Assembly: GCA_965223325.1 (NCBI GenBank)
Contig: CBDCWI010000002.1
Location: forward strand, 1,152,001-1,216,000
Length of the DNA: 64,000 nucleotides
From: Candidatus Multivoradales bacterium
Lineage (GTDB): Bacteria > Acidobacteriota > Thermoanaerobaculia > Multivoradales > Multivoraceae
Reading direction: 5' to 3'
The notes under the pieces are model-generated. The model did not search any database, was not told the origin of the DNA, and saw only the letters and a program-made list of their open reading frames with translations. Below, in pieces: positions 49,170-59,137 of the stretch; position 1 is the stretch's first letter; every line of letters starts with the position of its first letter. Made by a program: the position numbers and the translations under genes.

Positions 49170-49427
49170 ACGGTGGACGATATCCGCCGCCAGAGCGTGG
49201 CGGGGCCTGAAATCAACAGTTGGCTGTCCAGATTCGAGTGTTAAGGTACGGCCACTTCCGAGACAACCGGTTCCGCTTGGTGCGACCGAGGCCCTCTGGG
49301 CCTTGTCGGAAGGCAGTTCTATTTCGCCCGTTTTCGTCCGCGTCTCGAGCTTCGGAGTCGACACCCGAACCTTCCATCCACCAACATTCTACGGGGTCAG
49401 AAAACGCGCCTCAGGGGCTCAAAACGA

Positions 49428-49458
49428 GCTTGTGAAAGTTTTCACAAGCGACTATCGT
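49428..49458 (+). promoter_or_regulatory. Rex-type operator overlapping a sigma70-like promoter of the act-cox operon
   Basis: TTGTGAA-AGTT-TTCACAA at 49430-49447 matches the Rex consensus TTGTGAAnnnnTTCACAA; TTGTGA (49430-35) - 17 bp - TATCGT (49453-58). Confidence 0.8.
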
Positions 49459-49710
49459 GAACCTCGGTAGCGCCAATCTGGAATTGCGAGACACGTCGTG
49501 CCTCGCAGTTCGCTCCCGGCGAGCCAAGAACAACGAACGTCACCAACGGCAGACGGCGCACTGTTTCGAGGAAGCGAAGTCATGCAAGCGACGGCCGTCC
49601 ACGTGGTCCCGCCTCGCCAGCAGTCTCTCGCTCGCAACCAGTACGCGCCTCCTGAAGCGGTCCGCAGCAATGCGGGCTACCCAGACGGGACCTGAGGACA
49701 AGACCAAGAC

Positions 49711-50370
49711 ATGCCGCACATCTTTCCGCGTAGCGCCAACCAGATCGCCTTCGCGAGCATCGTGCTCACATTGCTGGGAGCAGCGGTCGCAGGAGCCCTG
49801 CTCTTCGCGCTCGACCGCTCGCCATACCACACCAAGCAGGGTGAATTCATCGAGCAAGACGTTCCCTTCTCCCATGATCACCACATCGAGGCGCTCGGTC
49901 TCGACTGTCGCTACTGCCATACGACAGTCGAAGAGTCCCGCTTCGCCGGGATCCCACCCACAGCGACCTGCATGAACTGCCACAAGCAGATCTGGGCCGA
50001 CACCGACATGCTCAAACCAGTGCGCGATAGCTGGCAGAGCGGCGAGCCCCTGGCGTGGAAACGCGTCTACGATCTGCCGGACTTCGTCTACTTCAACCAC
50101 AGCGTGCACATCGCCAAGGGCGTTGGCTGTCAGAGCTGTCACGGCAAAGTCAACGAGATGCCGTTGGTGGTGCAGGAGCACTCGTTGCAAATGCGTTGGT
50201 GCCTCGACTGCCACCGGCACCCCGAAGACCACGTGCGCCCCGCAGACGAGGTGTTCAACATGGATTGGACGCCGGCCGACGAAGGCATGACACAGCGTGA
50301 TCTGGGTACCCAGTTGGTGGCCGAGAACGGCATCCAGTCGCTCGAGCATTGCTACACCTGCCACCGGTGA
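49711..50370 (+). CDS. actA: Alternative complex III pentahaem cytochrome c
   Basis: N-terminal TM; five CxxCH (CRYCH, CMNCH, CQSCH, CLDCH, CYTCH); VYDLPDFVYFNHS. Confidence 0.95.
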   Translation: MPHIFPRSANQIAFASIVLTLLGAAVAGALLFALDRSPYHTKQGEFIEQDVPFSHDHHIEALGLDCRYCHTTVEESRFAGIPPTATCMNCHKQIWADTDMLKPVRDSWQSGEPLAWKRVYDLPDFVYFNHSVHIAKGVGCQSCHGKVNEMPLVVQEHSLQMRWCLDCHRHPEDHVRPADEVFNMDWTPADEGMTQRDLGTQLVAENGIQSLEHCYTCHR

Positions 50371-50518
50371 TGAGCCCCGCGCCGATCTTGCCTGTGACCG
50401 ATGACTTACTTGCCAGCACGATGATTCCTACGATGAACAGCGACGTTCGTGGCCACGGCCACGCCCTGGCGCTGGAGTTTGCGATACCCGCGGCCTGTGA
50501 CCGCACGGGAGGGAACCG

Positions 50519-53500
50519 TTGAAGATCCTCAACGATCACGACGTCCTCGCTGAGGACCATGAAGACCGCGCCACTTCTCACATCGCTGAAGCGGCGCCTG
50601 GGCAAGCGACCGGCGACGAATCGGAGAACACGCCGCGCTACTGGGTGGGCCTCGAAGATCTCGCCAACACTCCGGAGTTCCGGGAGCGGGTGGCCAACGA
50701 GTTTCCACGCTACGCGCCTCAGGAGTGGGAAGACGACGCGAGCCGTCGCGACTTCCTGAAGCTCTCGGGAGCATCGGTTGCACTGGCTGGTTTGACTGCA
50801 TGTACCCGTCAGCCGAGCGAACGGATCATTCCGTACGTCGAACAGCCCGACGGCGTCATCTATGGCAAGCCCGACTACTACGCCACCACCTTTCCGCTCG
50901 CCGGCTACGGCCAGGCAGTCATTGCCAAGAGTCGCGAAGGCCGCCCGATCAAACTGTCGGGAAACCCCGGCGCCCCGTCGAGCAAAGGCGGGACCGGCCT
51001 GGTGGCACAGTCCGAAATCCTGCGGCTCTACGACCCGGATCGCAAGCAGGGCTCGAGCTACCTCGGTCGTCTGCAGCCGTGGGCCACGGTGGTCGCCGAG
51101 TTGCGCGCCCCACTCCTGGCGCAGCAAGCCATTGGCGGCGAGGGCCTGGCTATTCTGACTGGTGCCCAGAGCGGCCCCACCTTCGAGCGCCTGATGGGAG
51201 CCGTCAAAGAGCGCCTCCCGCGCGCGCGCTGGTTCCAGTACGACGCTCTGGCGCGCGACGAGGCCCGCGAAGCAGCCCGACGCGCCTTCGGTCGCGACGC
51301 CTGCGTGCACTACGACCTCGCGAAGGCCGATGTGGTGCTGGCGCTCGATGCCGACTTCCTCAACGAGGGTCCAGGCCACGTGCGCTACGCCTCAGACTTT
51401 GCGGCCCGCCGTCAGGTCGCTGCGCCCGGCGACTCGATGAACCGGCTCTACGCACTCGAGACGTCGCTCTCGGGCACCGGCGCCACCGCCGATCACCGGC
51501 GCAGCGTCTCGGCCCACGACCTGGCCACCTTCACCGTGGCCCTCGCGGCTCGACTCGGCGTCTCCGGTTCGAACGCCGGCCTCGAGGACGACATGCTGCG
51601 TCGCTGGCTCGATGCGGTCAGCGAAGACCTGGGCGCCCACCGCGGCCGCAGTCTGGTCATCGCGGGCGACTACGCGCCGGTGGAACTTCAGGTCCTGGCG
51701 CTGGCGATCAACCAGGCGCTCGGAAACATCGGGGAAACCGTCATCGTCACCGACCCGGTCCTACTGGGCGGAGACGGCCAGGCCGGCCTGCGTGACCTCG
51801 CCGCAGCAATGGAAGGCGGCGACGTTCAGGCGCTCTTCGTGCTCGGCGCAAACCCGGTCTATGACAGCGCGGCCGACATCGACTTCGGCGCCGCAATGGA
51901 AAACGTCGACCTGCGGGTGCACGTCGGCCTCCACACCGACGAGACAGCCGCCCTCTGCCACTGGCAGATCGGCGGCACTCACTTCCTCGAAAGTTGGGGC
52001 GACTGCCGATCCTTCGATGGCACCCTGTCGGTCATTCAGCCGCTCATCGAACCCCTCTACGACGGCAAGAGCGATCTCGAGATTCTGGCTCTCATCGCGG
52101 GCCAGACGAACGTGTCGAGCTACGACCTGGTGCGCAACAACTGGCGCGACCTCGGCTACGGCGAAGGCGCCTGGCGGCGCGCCCTGCACGACGGTTACGT
52201 CGCCGACTCGGCCTTAGCGCACAGCGGTGGTGGGGTCTCCAGCGGTGCCGCGAGCGCCGCCGCCAGCGCACTGGCCCAGAAGGGCGCTTCAGCGAGCGAC
52301 GGCTACGACGTCCAGTTCCGTCCCGACCCGGCAATCCGCGACGGCCGCTACGCCAACAACGGCTGGCTGCAAGAGGTGCCCAGGCCGATCACTCTCCTGA
52401 CCTGGGACAACGCCGCGATCGTCGCTCCCGCCGATGCCGAGCACCTCGGAACGCAAACCGGCGACGTCGTCTGGCTACAGGACCCCAACAGCGAGCGTCG
52501 CCTCGACCTGCCGGTCCTCGTGCAGCCAGGCCAACCACGCGGCACGATCACCGTCCACATCGGCTACGGCCGCGCAATGGGCGGCCGGGTCGCTGACGGT
52601 GTGGGCTCGAACGCCAACCTTCTTCGCACCGCCGACAGCCCCTGGTCGATGAGCGGCGTGACCGTCGAGAAGAGTGGCCGCTTCCACAAGCTGGCAACCA
52701 CCCAGAGCCACTTCGTCATCCGCGACCTCGACTACGAGCTCAAGGACTACCAAGTCGAAGAGGAGCAGGTCGAGAAACGGCACCTGATCAAAGAGGCAAC
52801 GCTCGAGCACTTCCGCGAGGACCCGGAGTTCGCCGCGCATCTCGGCCACAGCCCACCGTTGACGCAACTCTTCCCGCGCTGGAAGTACGAGGGCTACTCC
52901 TGGGGCATGGCGATCGATCTGACGACCTGCACCGGTTGCCAGGCCTGCGTGGTGTCGTGCCAGGCCGAGAACAACATCCCGGTCGTGGGTAGAGAGAAGG
53001 TCATCGAAGGTCGTGAGATGCAGTGGCTGCGCATCGACCGCTACTTCGAAGGCCCGATCGACCAACCGCGCATTCATCATCAACCGATGCCCTGCCAGCA
53101 GTGCGAGCAGGCCCCCTGCGAGGTGGTTTGCCCGGTGGCTGCGACGGTCCACGGACCGGAAGGCCTCAACCAGATGATCTACAACCGTTGCGTCGGTACG
53201 CGCTACTGCTCCAACAACTGCCCCTTCAAGGTGCGGCGCTTCAACTTCCTGCAGTACAACTACCACGACATCCCGGTGCTCGACCTGGCCCAGAACCCCG
53301 AAGTGAGCGTCCGTGCTCGCGGTGTGATGGAAAAGTGCACCTACTGCGTGCAACGCATCAACGCCGCACGCGGCGACGCCAAAGTCGCTGGCCGGCGTAT
53401 TCACGATGGCGAGGTGCAGACTGCCTGCCAGGAAGCCTGCCCGACCAACGCGATCACCTTCGGCGACCTCAACGACGCCAACTCCGAGGTCAACCGGAAG

Positions 53501-53698
53501 AAGGCGCTGCCGACCAACTACACGTTGCTCGACGAGCTGCAGGTGCTGCCGCGCACCAGCTACCTGGCGCGCATCGCCAACGTCAACCCGGCACTTGCCG
53601 AGCAAGAACCCTACTGGGGCGCCCATGGCTCCCACGAACCAGCCACGGACGCGACACATGACGGCGGCGACCACGCCGGCAGCGAGGAGGCTCACTGA
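50519..53698 (+). CDS. actB: Alternative complex III subunit B (molybdopterin-oxidoreductase-like + Fe-S domain)
   Basis: YWVGLEDL, SRRDFLKL Tat motif then LTAC, CTGCQACVVSCQAENN, CQQCEQAPC, RCVGTRYCSNNCP, EKCTYC. Confidence 0.95.
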   Translation: MKILNDHDVLAEDHEDRATSHIAEAAPGQATGDESENTPRYWVGLEDLANTPEFRERVANEFPRYAPQEWEDDASRRDFLKLSGASVALAGLTACTRQPSERIIPYVEQPDGVIYGKPDYYATTFPLAGYGQAVIAKSREGRPIKLSGNPGAPSSKGGTGLVAQSEILRLYDPDRKQGSSYLGRLQPWATVVAELRAPLLAQQAIGGEGLAILTGAQSGPTFERLMGAVKERLPRARWFQYDALARDEAREAARRAFGRDACVHYDLAKADVVLALDADFLNEGPGHVRYASDFAARRQVAAPGDSMNRLYALETSLSGTGATADHRRSVSAHDLATFTVALAARLGVSGSNAGLEDDMLRRWLDAVSEDLGAHRGRSLVIAGDYAPVELQVLALAINQALGNIGETVIVTDPVLLGGDGQAGLRDLAAAMEGGDVQALFVLGANPVYDSAADIDFGAAMENVDLRVHVGLHTDETAALCHWQIGGTHFLESWGDCRSFDGTLSVIQPLIEPLYDGKSDLEILALIAGQTNVSSYDLVRNNWRDLGYGEGAWRRALHDGYVADSALAHSGGGVSSGAASAAASALAQKGASASDGYDVQFRPDPAIRDGRYANNGWLQEVPRPITLLTWDNAAIVAPADAEHLGTQTGDVVWLQDPNSERRLDLPVLVQPGQPRGTITVHIGYGRAMGGRVADGVGSNANLLRTADSPWSMSGVTVEKSGRFHKLATTQSHFVIRDLDYELKDYQVEEEQVEKRHLIKEATLEHFREDPEFAAHLGHSPPLTQLFPRWKYEGYSWGMAIDLTTCTGCQACVVSCQAENNIPVVGREKVIEGREMQWLRIDRYFEGPIDQPRIHHQPMPCQQCEQAPCEVVCPVAATVHGPEGLNQMIYNRCVGTRYCSNNCPFKVRRFNFLQYNYHDIPVLDLAQNPEVSVRARGVMEKCTYCVQRINAARGDAKVAGRRIHDGEVQTACQEACPTNAITFGDLNDANSEVNRKKALPTNYTLLDELQVLPRTSYLARIANVNPALAEQEPYWGAHGSHEPATDATHDGGDHAGSEEAH

Positions 53699-55089
53699 TG
53701 GCCCTTGCGGAAAAGAAGGAGAGTCACGACTCCATCCAGGACATCCAGCCGCCGGTCTTCGTACCGCCGGAAGAAAACCCGGCGACGATCACCGAGACCA
53801 TCTCGGGTGTCATCTTCGGCAAGACCTATCTATGGTGGATCCTGGCGCTGGGAGTGAGTTTCTCGCTCCTCAGCATCGGCGGCCTCGCCCTGACCTGGCT
53901 GCTTCTGAAGGGTGTCGGCATCTGGGGCGTCAACGTTCCAGTCGCCTGGGGCTTCGCGATCATCAACTTCGTCTGGTGGATCGGTATCGGACACGCCGGC
54001 ACCTTGATCTCGGCGATCCTGTTGCTCCTGCAGCAGGAGTGGCGCACCTCGATCAACCGGTTCGCGGAAGCGATGACCCTGTTCGCAGTCGCCTGTGCGG
54101 GCATCTTCCCGATCTTCCACACCGGTCGCCCGTGGCTGGCGTACTGGCTCCTTCCCTACCCCAACTCGATGAGCCTGTGGCCGAACTTCCGGTCGCCGCT
54201 GATCTGGGACGTGTTCGCGGTTTCGACCTATTTCACGATCTCGCTCGTCTTCTGGTACACCGGCCTGGTTCCCGATCTCGCCACCATGCGCGATCGCGCC
54301 AAGAAGCCCTGGCTGAAGCGGATCTACGGCCTGTTCGCGCTCGGTTGGCGGGGCGCTGCCAACCACTGGCACAACTACGAAAAGGCCTACCTCCTGCTCG
54401 CCGGCCTTTCGACGCCGCTGGTGCTCTCCGTCCACTCCGTCGTTTCGTTCGACTTTGCGGTCGCCCAGCTGCCGGGCTGGCACGCCACGATCTTCCCGCC
54501 CTACTTCGTTGCCGGCGCCATCTACGCCGGCTTCGCGATGGTGCTCACCTTGATGATCCCGCTGCGCATCATCTTCAAGCTCGAGAACTACATCACCACC
54601 AAGCATCTCGAGAACTGCGGCAAGGTCATGCTGGTCACCGGTCTGATCGTTGCCTACGGCTACATGACCGAGATCTTCATGGCCTGGTACTCGGGCAACG
54701 TCTTCGAGCGTTTCATGATGTACAACCGGGTGTTCGGCCAGTCGTGGTGGGCCTACTGGGCGCTCATGTTGTGCAACCTCATCGTTCCGCAGCTGATGTG
54801 GATCCGCCGTTTCCGGCGGTCGATGTTCTGGCTGTTCTTCGTCAGCCAGTTCGTCAACGTCGGCATGTGGCTCGAGCGCTTCGTCATCGTCGTCACCAGC
54901 CTCCAGCGCGACTTCCTGGTCAGCTCCTGGGGCAACTACCGCGGGACGATCTGGGACTGGGCTGCCTACATTGGCACCATCGGTCTCTTCCTCTCGCTCA
55001 TCTTCATCTTCATCCGCATCCTTCCGGCGATCTCGATCTTCGAGATCAAGACCGTCTCGAAGGAAGGCAAGTCGGTGGGGCATCACTAG
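53698..55089 (+). CDS. actC: Alternative complex III subunit C (NrfD family)
   Basis: NFVWWIGIGHAGTLISA, WRTSINRFAEAMT, HTGRPW, SPLIWDVFA, VLSVHS. Confidence 0.96.
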   Translation: MALAEKKESHDSIQDIQPPVFVPPEENPATITETISGVIFGKTYLWWILALGVSFSLLSIGGLALTWLLLKGVGIWGVNVPVAWGFAIINFVWWIGIGHAGTLISAILLLLQQEWRTSINRFAEAMTLFAVACAGIFPIFHTGRPWLAYWLLPYPNSMSLWPNFRSPLIWDVFAVSTYFTISLVFWYTGLVPDLATMRDRAKKPWLKRIYGLFALGWRGAANHWHNYEKAYLLLAGLSTPLVLSVHSVVSFDFAVAQLPGWHATIFPPYFVAGAIYAGFAMVLTLMIPLRIIFKLENYITTKHLENCGKVMLVTGLIVAYGYMTEIFMAWYSGNVFERFMMYNRVFGQSWWAYWALMLCNLIVPQLMWIRRFRRSMFWLFFVSQFVNVGMWLERFVIVVTSLQRDFLVSSWGNYRGTIWDWAAYIGTIGLFLSLIFIFIRILPAISIFEIKTVSKEGKSVGHH

Positions 55090-55668
55090 ATGGCAAACAC
55101 AGAACATTCCGTGACCGGGCACTCCATGACCGGGAACAATGACGAACTCTTCGGCGTCGCCGCCAGCTTCGCTGACCCCCAGGACCTCGTGGCTGCCGCC
55201 GAGAAGGTCTACGACCAGGGTTACCGCGACATCAACACCTACACGCCCTACCCGATCGAGGGCGCCTGGGAAGCCATCGGCCATCATCGTTCGCCGATGT
55301 CGATGATCACCCTGATCGGCGGTGTCACCGGCTGCCTCGCAGCGTTCGGCTTCCTGACCTGGGCGTCGGTGATCGACTACCCGCTCAACGTCGGCGGACG
55401 ACCGACGTTCTCCTGGCCAGCCTGGATCCCGCCGACCTTCGAGACCACGATTCTGTTTGCCGGTCTCTCGGCCGCCATCGGCATGTTCCTGGTCAACGGC
55501 CTGCCAAAGCCCTATCACCCGATGTTCGGTATGCCGGGATTCGAGCGCGCCACCCAGGACCGCTATGTGCTCTGCATCGAGGCCACTGATCCCAAGTTCG
55601 ACCGCAGCGCAGCGGCTGAGTTGCTGCGCGGTTTCGACCCCGAGGAGGTGCACGAAGTTGCGCACTGA
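55090..55668 (+). CDS. actD: Alternative complex III subunit D (DUF3341)
   Basis: YTPYPIEG, DYPLNVGGRP, PPTFETTILF; operon position. Confidence 0.93.
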   Translation: MANTEHSVTGHSMTGNNDELFGVAASFADPQDLVAAAEKVYDQGYRDINTYTPYPIEGAWEAIGHHRSPMSMITLIGGVTGCLAAFGFLTWASVIDYPLNVGGRPTFSWPAWIPPTFETTILFAGLSAAIGMFLVNGLPKPYHPMFGMPGFERATQDRYVLCIEATDPKFDRSAAAELLRGFDPEEVHEVAH

Positions 55669-56317
55669 TTCCCTGATTCACCGCTCTCGATTGATCGCCG
55701 TCATCGCTGCCGGCCTGGCCCTCGCTGGCCTCGGTTGCCGGCAAGACATGCACGATCAACCGAAGCTCGAGCCCCTCGAGTGGAGCGCCTTCTTCCCTGA
55801 CGGCCGTGGTTCCAGGCAAGCCCCGGCGCACACCATCGCGCGTGGAACGTTGCCGAACTCGAGCCCACTGTTTACCGGTGTCGAGGACAACGGTGAGTTC
55901 GTCTCCGCCCTCCCGGTACAGCTCAGCGCCGAGCTCCTCGATCGCGGCGAAGAGCGCTTCAACATCTACTGCACTCCCTGCCACGACCGCGCCGGCGGCG
56001 GCCGCGGCATGATCGTCGAGCGCGGCTTCCGTCAGCCTCCGAGCTACCACGAGGACCGTCTGCTCGAGATGCCGGTGGGCTATCTCTTCGACGTCATCAC
56101 CAACGGCTACGGCCAGATGTCTGGCTACTCTGCGCAGATCAAGCCGGCCGACCGCTGGGCGATCACCGCCTGGATCCGCGTGCTGCAGAAGAGCCAGAAC
56201 GTTGATCGAACGGAACTCACCGGCGACGAGCTCCGTCTCGTCGCCGACGGTGCGGTCGTCGTCGCCGAAGACGAGACGCACGCCAACGACTCCCACGCCG
56301 CAGAAGAGGCCCACTGA
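55658..56317 (+). CDS. actE: Alternative complex III subunit E, monohaem cytochrome c lipoprotein
   Basis: LAGLGC lipobox, RQDMHDQP, CTPCH; TTG 55658 preceded by GAGGAGG. Confidence 0.92.
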   Translation: MRTDSLIHRSRLIAVIAAGLALAGLGCRQDMHDQPKLEPLEWSAFFPDGRGSRQAPAHTIARGTLPNSSPLFTGVEDNGEFVSALPVQLSAELLDRGEERFNIYCTPCHDRAGGGRGMIVERGFRQPPSYHEDRLLEMPVGYLFDVITNGYGQMSGYSAQIKPADRWAITAWIRVLQKSQNVDRTELTGDELRLVADGAVVVAEDETHANDSHAAEEAH

Positions 56318-57513
56318 TGGAAGCGAACACAATCTCCGGTGTTGACCCGCAGCGCTACCTGCTGCCAGACACCTACAAGAGCTCGCAGAACATCGCCCTG
56401 ATGGTCGGCGCGATTGGAACCGTCGCGTGCATCATCGGCTTTCTGACCGACCACAGCCAGTTCTTCAAGTCCTACCTGGTGGGCTGGATGTTCTGGCTGA
56501 TGATCGCCCTCGGCAGCCTCGGCTGGCTGATGATCAACCACCTGACCGCCGGTGGCTGGGGCATCGTGTTGCGACGGCCCTGGGAAGCCGCCTCGCGTAC
56601 CATCCCAGTGCTTGCGATTCTCTCGTTGCCGTTCTTCTTCGGTATGGGAGACATCTTCTCCTGGGCGCGCCCGGAAGCCGCGCAGGACGCGCTCATCCAG
56701 GCCAAGGCGGCGTATCTCGACACCGGCTTCTTCTGGGTGCGCTGGGTCATCTACTTCGGCATTCTCTCGATCTGGGCGTTCCTCCTTTCGGGACGCTCCA
56801 GGCAGCAGGACGAAACCGGAGATCCCAACGCCACCCGCCGGCTGCGCAACCTCTCGGGGCCCGGCCTGGTGCTCTACGTCATCGCGACCTCCTTCATGGC
56901 CTGGGACTGGCTCATGTCTCTCCAGCCCCATTGGTTCTCGAGTCTCTACGGTTTCTGGTTCGTGTCGATGACCGCCCTCTCGGCACTGGCGTTCAGCTGC
57001 ATCCTCGCCTGGTCGCTCGACAAACGCCAACCAATGGTCGATGTCTTCCGCGAGAAGCACTTCCATGACATGGGCAAGCTGGTACTGGCACTCACCATGT
57101 TCTGGGCCTACATGACCCTGTCCCAGTTCCTGATCAGCTGGGCGGGCAACATCCCGGAGTTCATCATCTGGTACACCGAGCGTAACCAGGGTGGTTGGAA
57201 GCCCTACACATACTTCCTGATCATCTTCCACTTCTTCGTGCCCTTCCTGATCCTGCTCTCGGCGGCAATCAAGAAGAGGCCCAGGCAACTCGCTCTAGTC
57301 GCTCTCTACATGCTGGTGATGCAGTGGGTCGACATCTACTGGCAGGCCGGCCCGGCGTGGCACAAGCAGCTCACCATTCATTGGCTCGACTTTGCCGCCG
57401 TGGCAGCAGTTGGTGGCTTCTGGCTGTTCCTCTTCTTCTACGAGCTGCGCAAGCGCACTCTTCTGCCGATCAACGATCCGCACATCATGGAGGTCCTCCC
57501 TCATGAGTCATGA
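56317..57513 (+). CDS. actF: Alternative complex III subunit F
   Basis: Multi-TM; DWLMSLQPHWFSSLYG, HDMGKL, SQFLISWAGNIPE. Confidence 0.93.
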   Translation: MEANTISGVDPQRYLLPDTYKSSQNIALMVGAIGTVACIIGFLTDHSQFFKSYLVGWMFWLMIALGSLGWLMINHLTAGGWGIVLRRPWEAASRTIPVLAILSLPFFFGMGDIFSWARPEAAQDALIQAKAAYLDTGFFWVRWVIYFGILSIWAFLLSGRSRQQDETGDPNATRRLRNLSGPGLVLYVIATSFMAWDWLMSLQPHWFSSLYGFWFVSMTALSALAFSCILAWSLDKRQPMVDVFREKHFHDMGKLVLALTMFWAYMTLSQFLISWAGNIPEFIIWYTERNQGGWKPYTYFLIIFHFFVPFLILLSAAIKKRPRQLALVALYMLVMQWVDIYWQAGPAWHKQLTIHWLDFAAVAAVGGFWLFLFFYELRKRTLLPINDPHIMEVLPHES

Positions 57514-58030
57514 CGAACACAACCCCGCGATGGGCCACGGCTTCGAGCCGGGTTCTGCCGAGAAGGGCCTGCAGTACCGGCTCATCTACTTCGCCCTCAT
57601 GGCGATCATCGCGCTGTGCGTTTTCTTCAGCATGGCGCTGTGGCCAATGGTCAAGGGCATGAGCTACATGGAGGCTCGCGACTCGGACACGCCGCTCCTC
57701 GACGCTCAGCTCGAAACGCTGCGGCCTGCAGGCGCTCTCCTACAACCCGACCCACCCGCCGACCTCGAGCGCCTCGAAAAGCGCGACGACCACCAGCTCA
57801 ACAGCTACGGCTGGGTCGACCAGGCCAGCGGACGCGCTCACATTCCGCTCGAGATCGCACGCCAGAAGGTCCTCGACGAGGGCCTGCCGCAGGCGGCCTA
57901 CGCCTTCCAGAGTCTTCCCGAGAGCAGCATTCACAGCGAGACCTATCCCGAGGGCGTTTCTACCGAGCCGCCCGCCTTCACCGCCGGGACGCAGAACGCC
58001 GCCGAGGAGGAGCACACTGGCGGTCACTGA
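57503..58030 (+). CDS. actG: Alternative complex III subunit G-like protein
   Basis: Single TM; LQPDP..DL, LNSYGWVD...HIPLE motif; between actF and SCO. Confidence 0.75.
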   Translation: MSHDEHNPAMGHGFEPGSAEKGLQYRLIYFALMAIIALCVFFSMALWPMVKGMSYMEARDSDTPLLDAQLETLRPAGALLQPDPPADLERLEKRDDHQLNSYGWVDQASGRAHIPLEIARQKVLDEGLPQAAYAFQSLPESSIHSETYPEGVSTEPPAFTAGTQNAAEEEHTGGH

Positions 58031-58055
58031 CCGCCGCTACCGGACTCGAGCAACC

Positions 58056-58940
58056 ATGATCACACCCAAACCCTTCCCACACCGCTTCGTCAGAGCGTTT
58101 GCGCTGGTGCTCGCGGGCCTTCTCGCCGCGCCGCTCTCGGCACAATCTCAGCGCATGGCGGTGTCGCGCAACAAGGTCACGCCAGACCCCGAGCAGGAGA
58201 ACCGCCTGCCGCCGGAGCTACGAGACCTCGGTTGGGAGCAGAACCTCGGGGCCGCAGTACCCGAGAACCTCGTGTTCACCGACCACAACGGGAACGAGGT
58301 CGAGTTCGCCGACCTGCTCGGGAAGCAGCCGGTGATCCTCGCGCCGGTCTACTACGAGTGCCCGATGCTCTGTTCGCTGGTCCTCGACGGTGTAACGCGT
58401 GGTTTGAAACCGCTCAAGTTCGGCGTCGGAGACGAGTTCCGAGTGGTCGCGTTGTCGATCGATCCGCGTGAAGACGCCGAACTCGCCGCCGCCACCCGTC
58501 AGTCGGCAATCTCACGCTATGGCCGCGACGAAGCCGATCCGGAGGCCTGGACTTTTCTCACCGGCGAGAAGGTTCAGATCGACCAGCTCACCGATGCGGT
58601 CGGCTTCAAGTACGCCTACGACGAGCGCACCGGTCTATACAACCACGCCGGCGGTGTGGTGCTCCTCACTCCGGACGGCAGGGTGTCGCGCTACTTCTAC
58701 GGTGTCGACTACGCACCTCGCGACCTGCGACTCGGACTGGTCGAGGCTGCCGACGAGAAGATCGGTAACGTCGTCGACCAGATCCTGCTGTTTTGCTACC
58801 AGTACGACCCTGCCCTGGGGAAGTACTCCACCGCAGTCACCAATATCGTTCGCGCCGCCGGTGTACTGACCGTAGTCGCCATGGCTCTTTTCATTCTCAT
58901 GATGCTGCGCCGCGAACAGAAGGAGCCCGCCCACGCCTAG
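58056..58940 (+). CDS. SCO family copper chaperone
   Basis: YYECPMLC, WTFLTG, YNHAGG, GRVSRYFYG, LLFCYQYDP, C-terminal TM. Confidence 0.93.
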   Translation: MITPKPFPHRFVRAFALVLAGLLAAPLSAQSQRMAVSRNKVTPDPEQENRLPPELRDLGWEQNLGAAVPENLVFTDHNGNEVEFADLLGKQPVILAPVYYECPMLCSLVLDGVTRGLKPLKFGVGDEFRVVALSIDPREDAELAAATRQSAISRYGRDEADPEAWTFLTGEKVQIDQLTDAVGFKYAYDERTGLYNHAGGVVLLTPDGRVSRYFYGVDYAPRDLRLGLVEAADEKIGNVVDQILLFCYQYDPALGKYSTAVTNIVRAAGVLTVVAMALFILMMLRREQKEPAHA

Positions 58941-58973
58941 GACCCAACCTCAGTCATTTCGTCGCTTTTGACG

Positions 58974-59077
58974 CGTTCAGCCTGGAGAGCTTGCCCACCA
59001 ACGAGCTTTCCAGGTTGAGCGAACCGAAGGACCCGAGAGGCCTCAGCCATGGCCCCTCGTGACCCTCAGGTTCGTTT
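58974..59077 (+). other. Intercistronic stem-loops between SCO and coxB
   Basis: 20-bp uninterrupted stem 58974-58993 / 59002-59021 whose four non-Watson-Crick pairs are all G-U; overlapping second stem GAGCGAACC / GGTTCGTTT. Confidence 0.65.
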
Positions 59078-59137
59078 GACACCAACCAGAGACCCCTCGC
59101 CCCCCGGCGGGTGGGAATCGACATGGAGTCTTCCAGC

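Noticed and set aside
53640-53700. Shared EEAH/EEVH/EEAP C-termini of ActB, ActD, ActE and CoxA as a protein motif
   Set aside because: Explained by the embedded GAGGAGG-like Shine-Dalgarno sequence for the next coupled gene.
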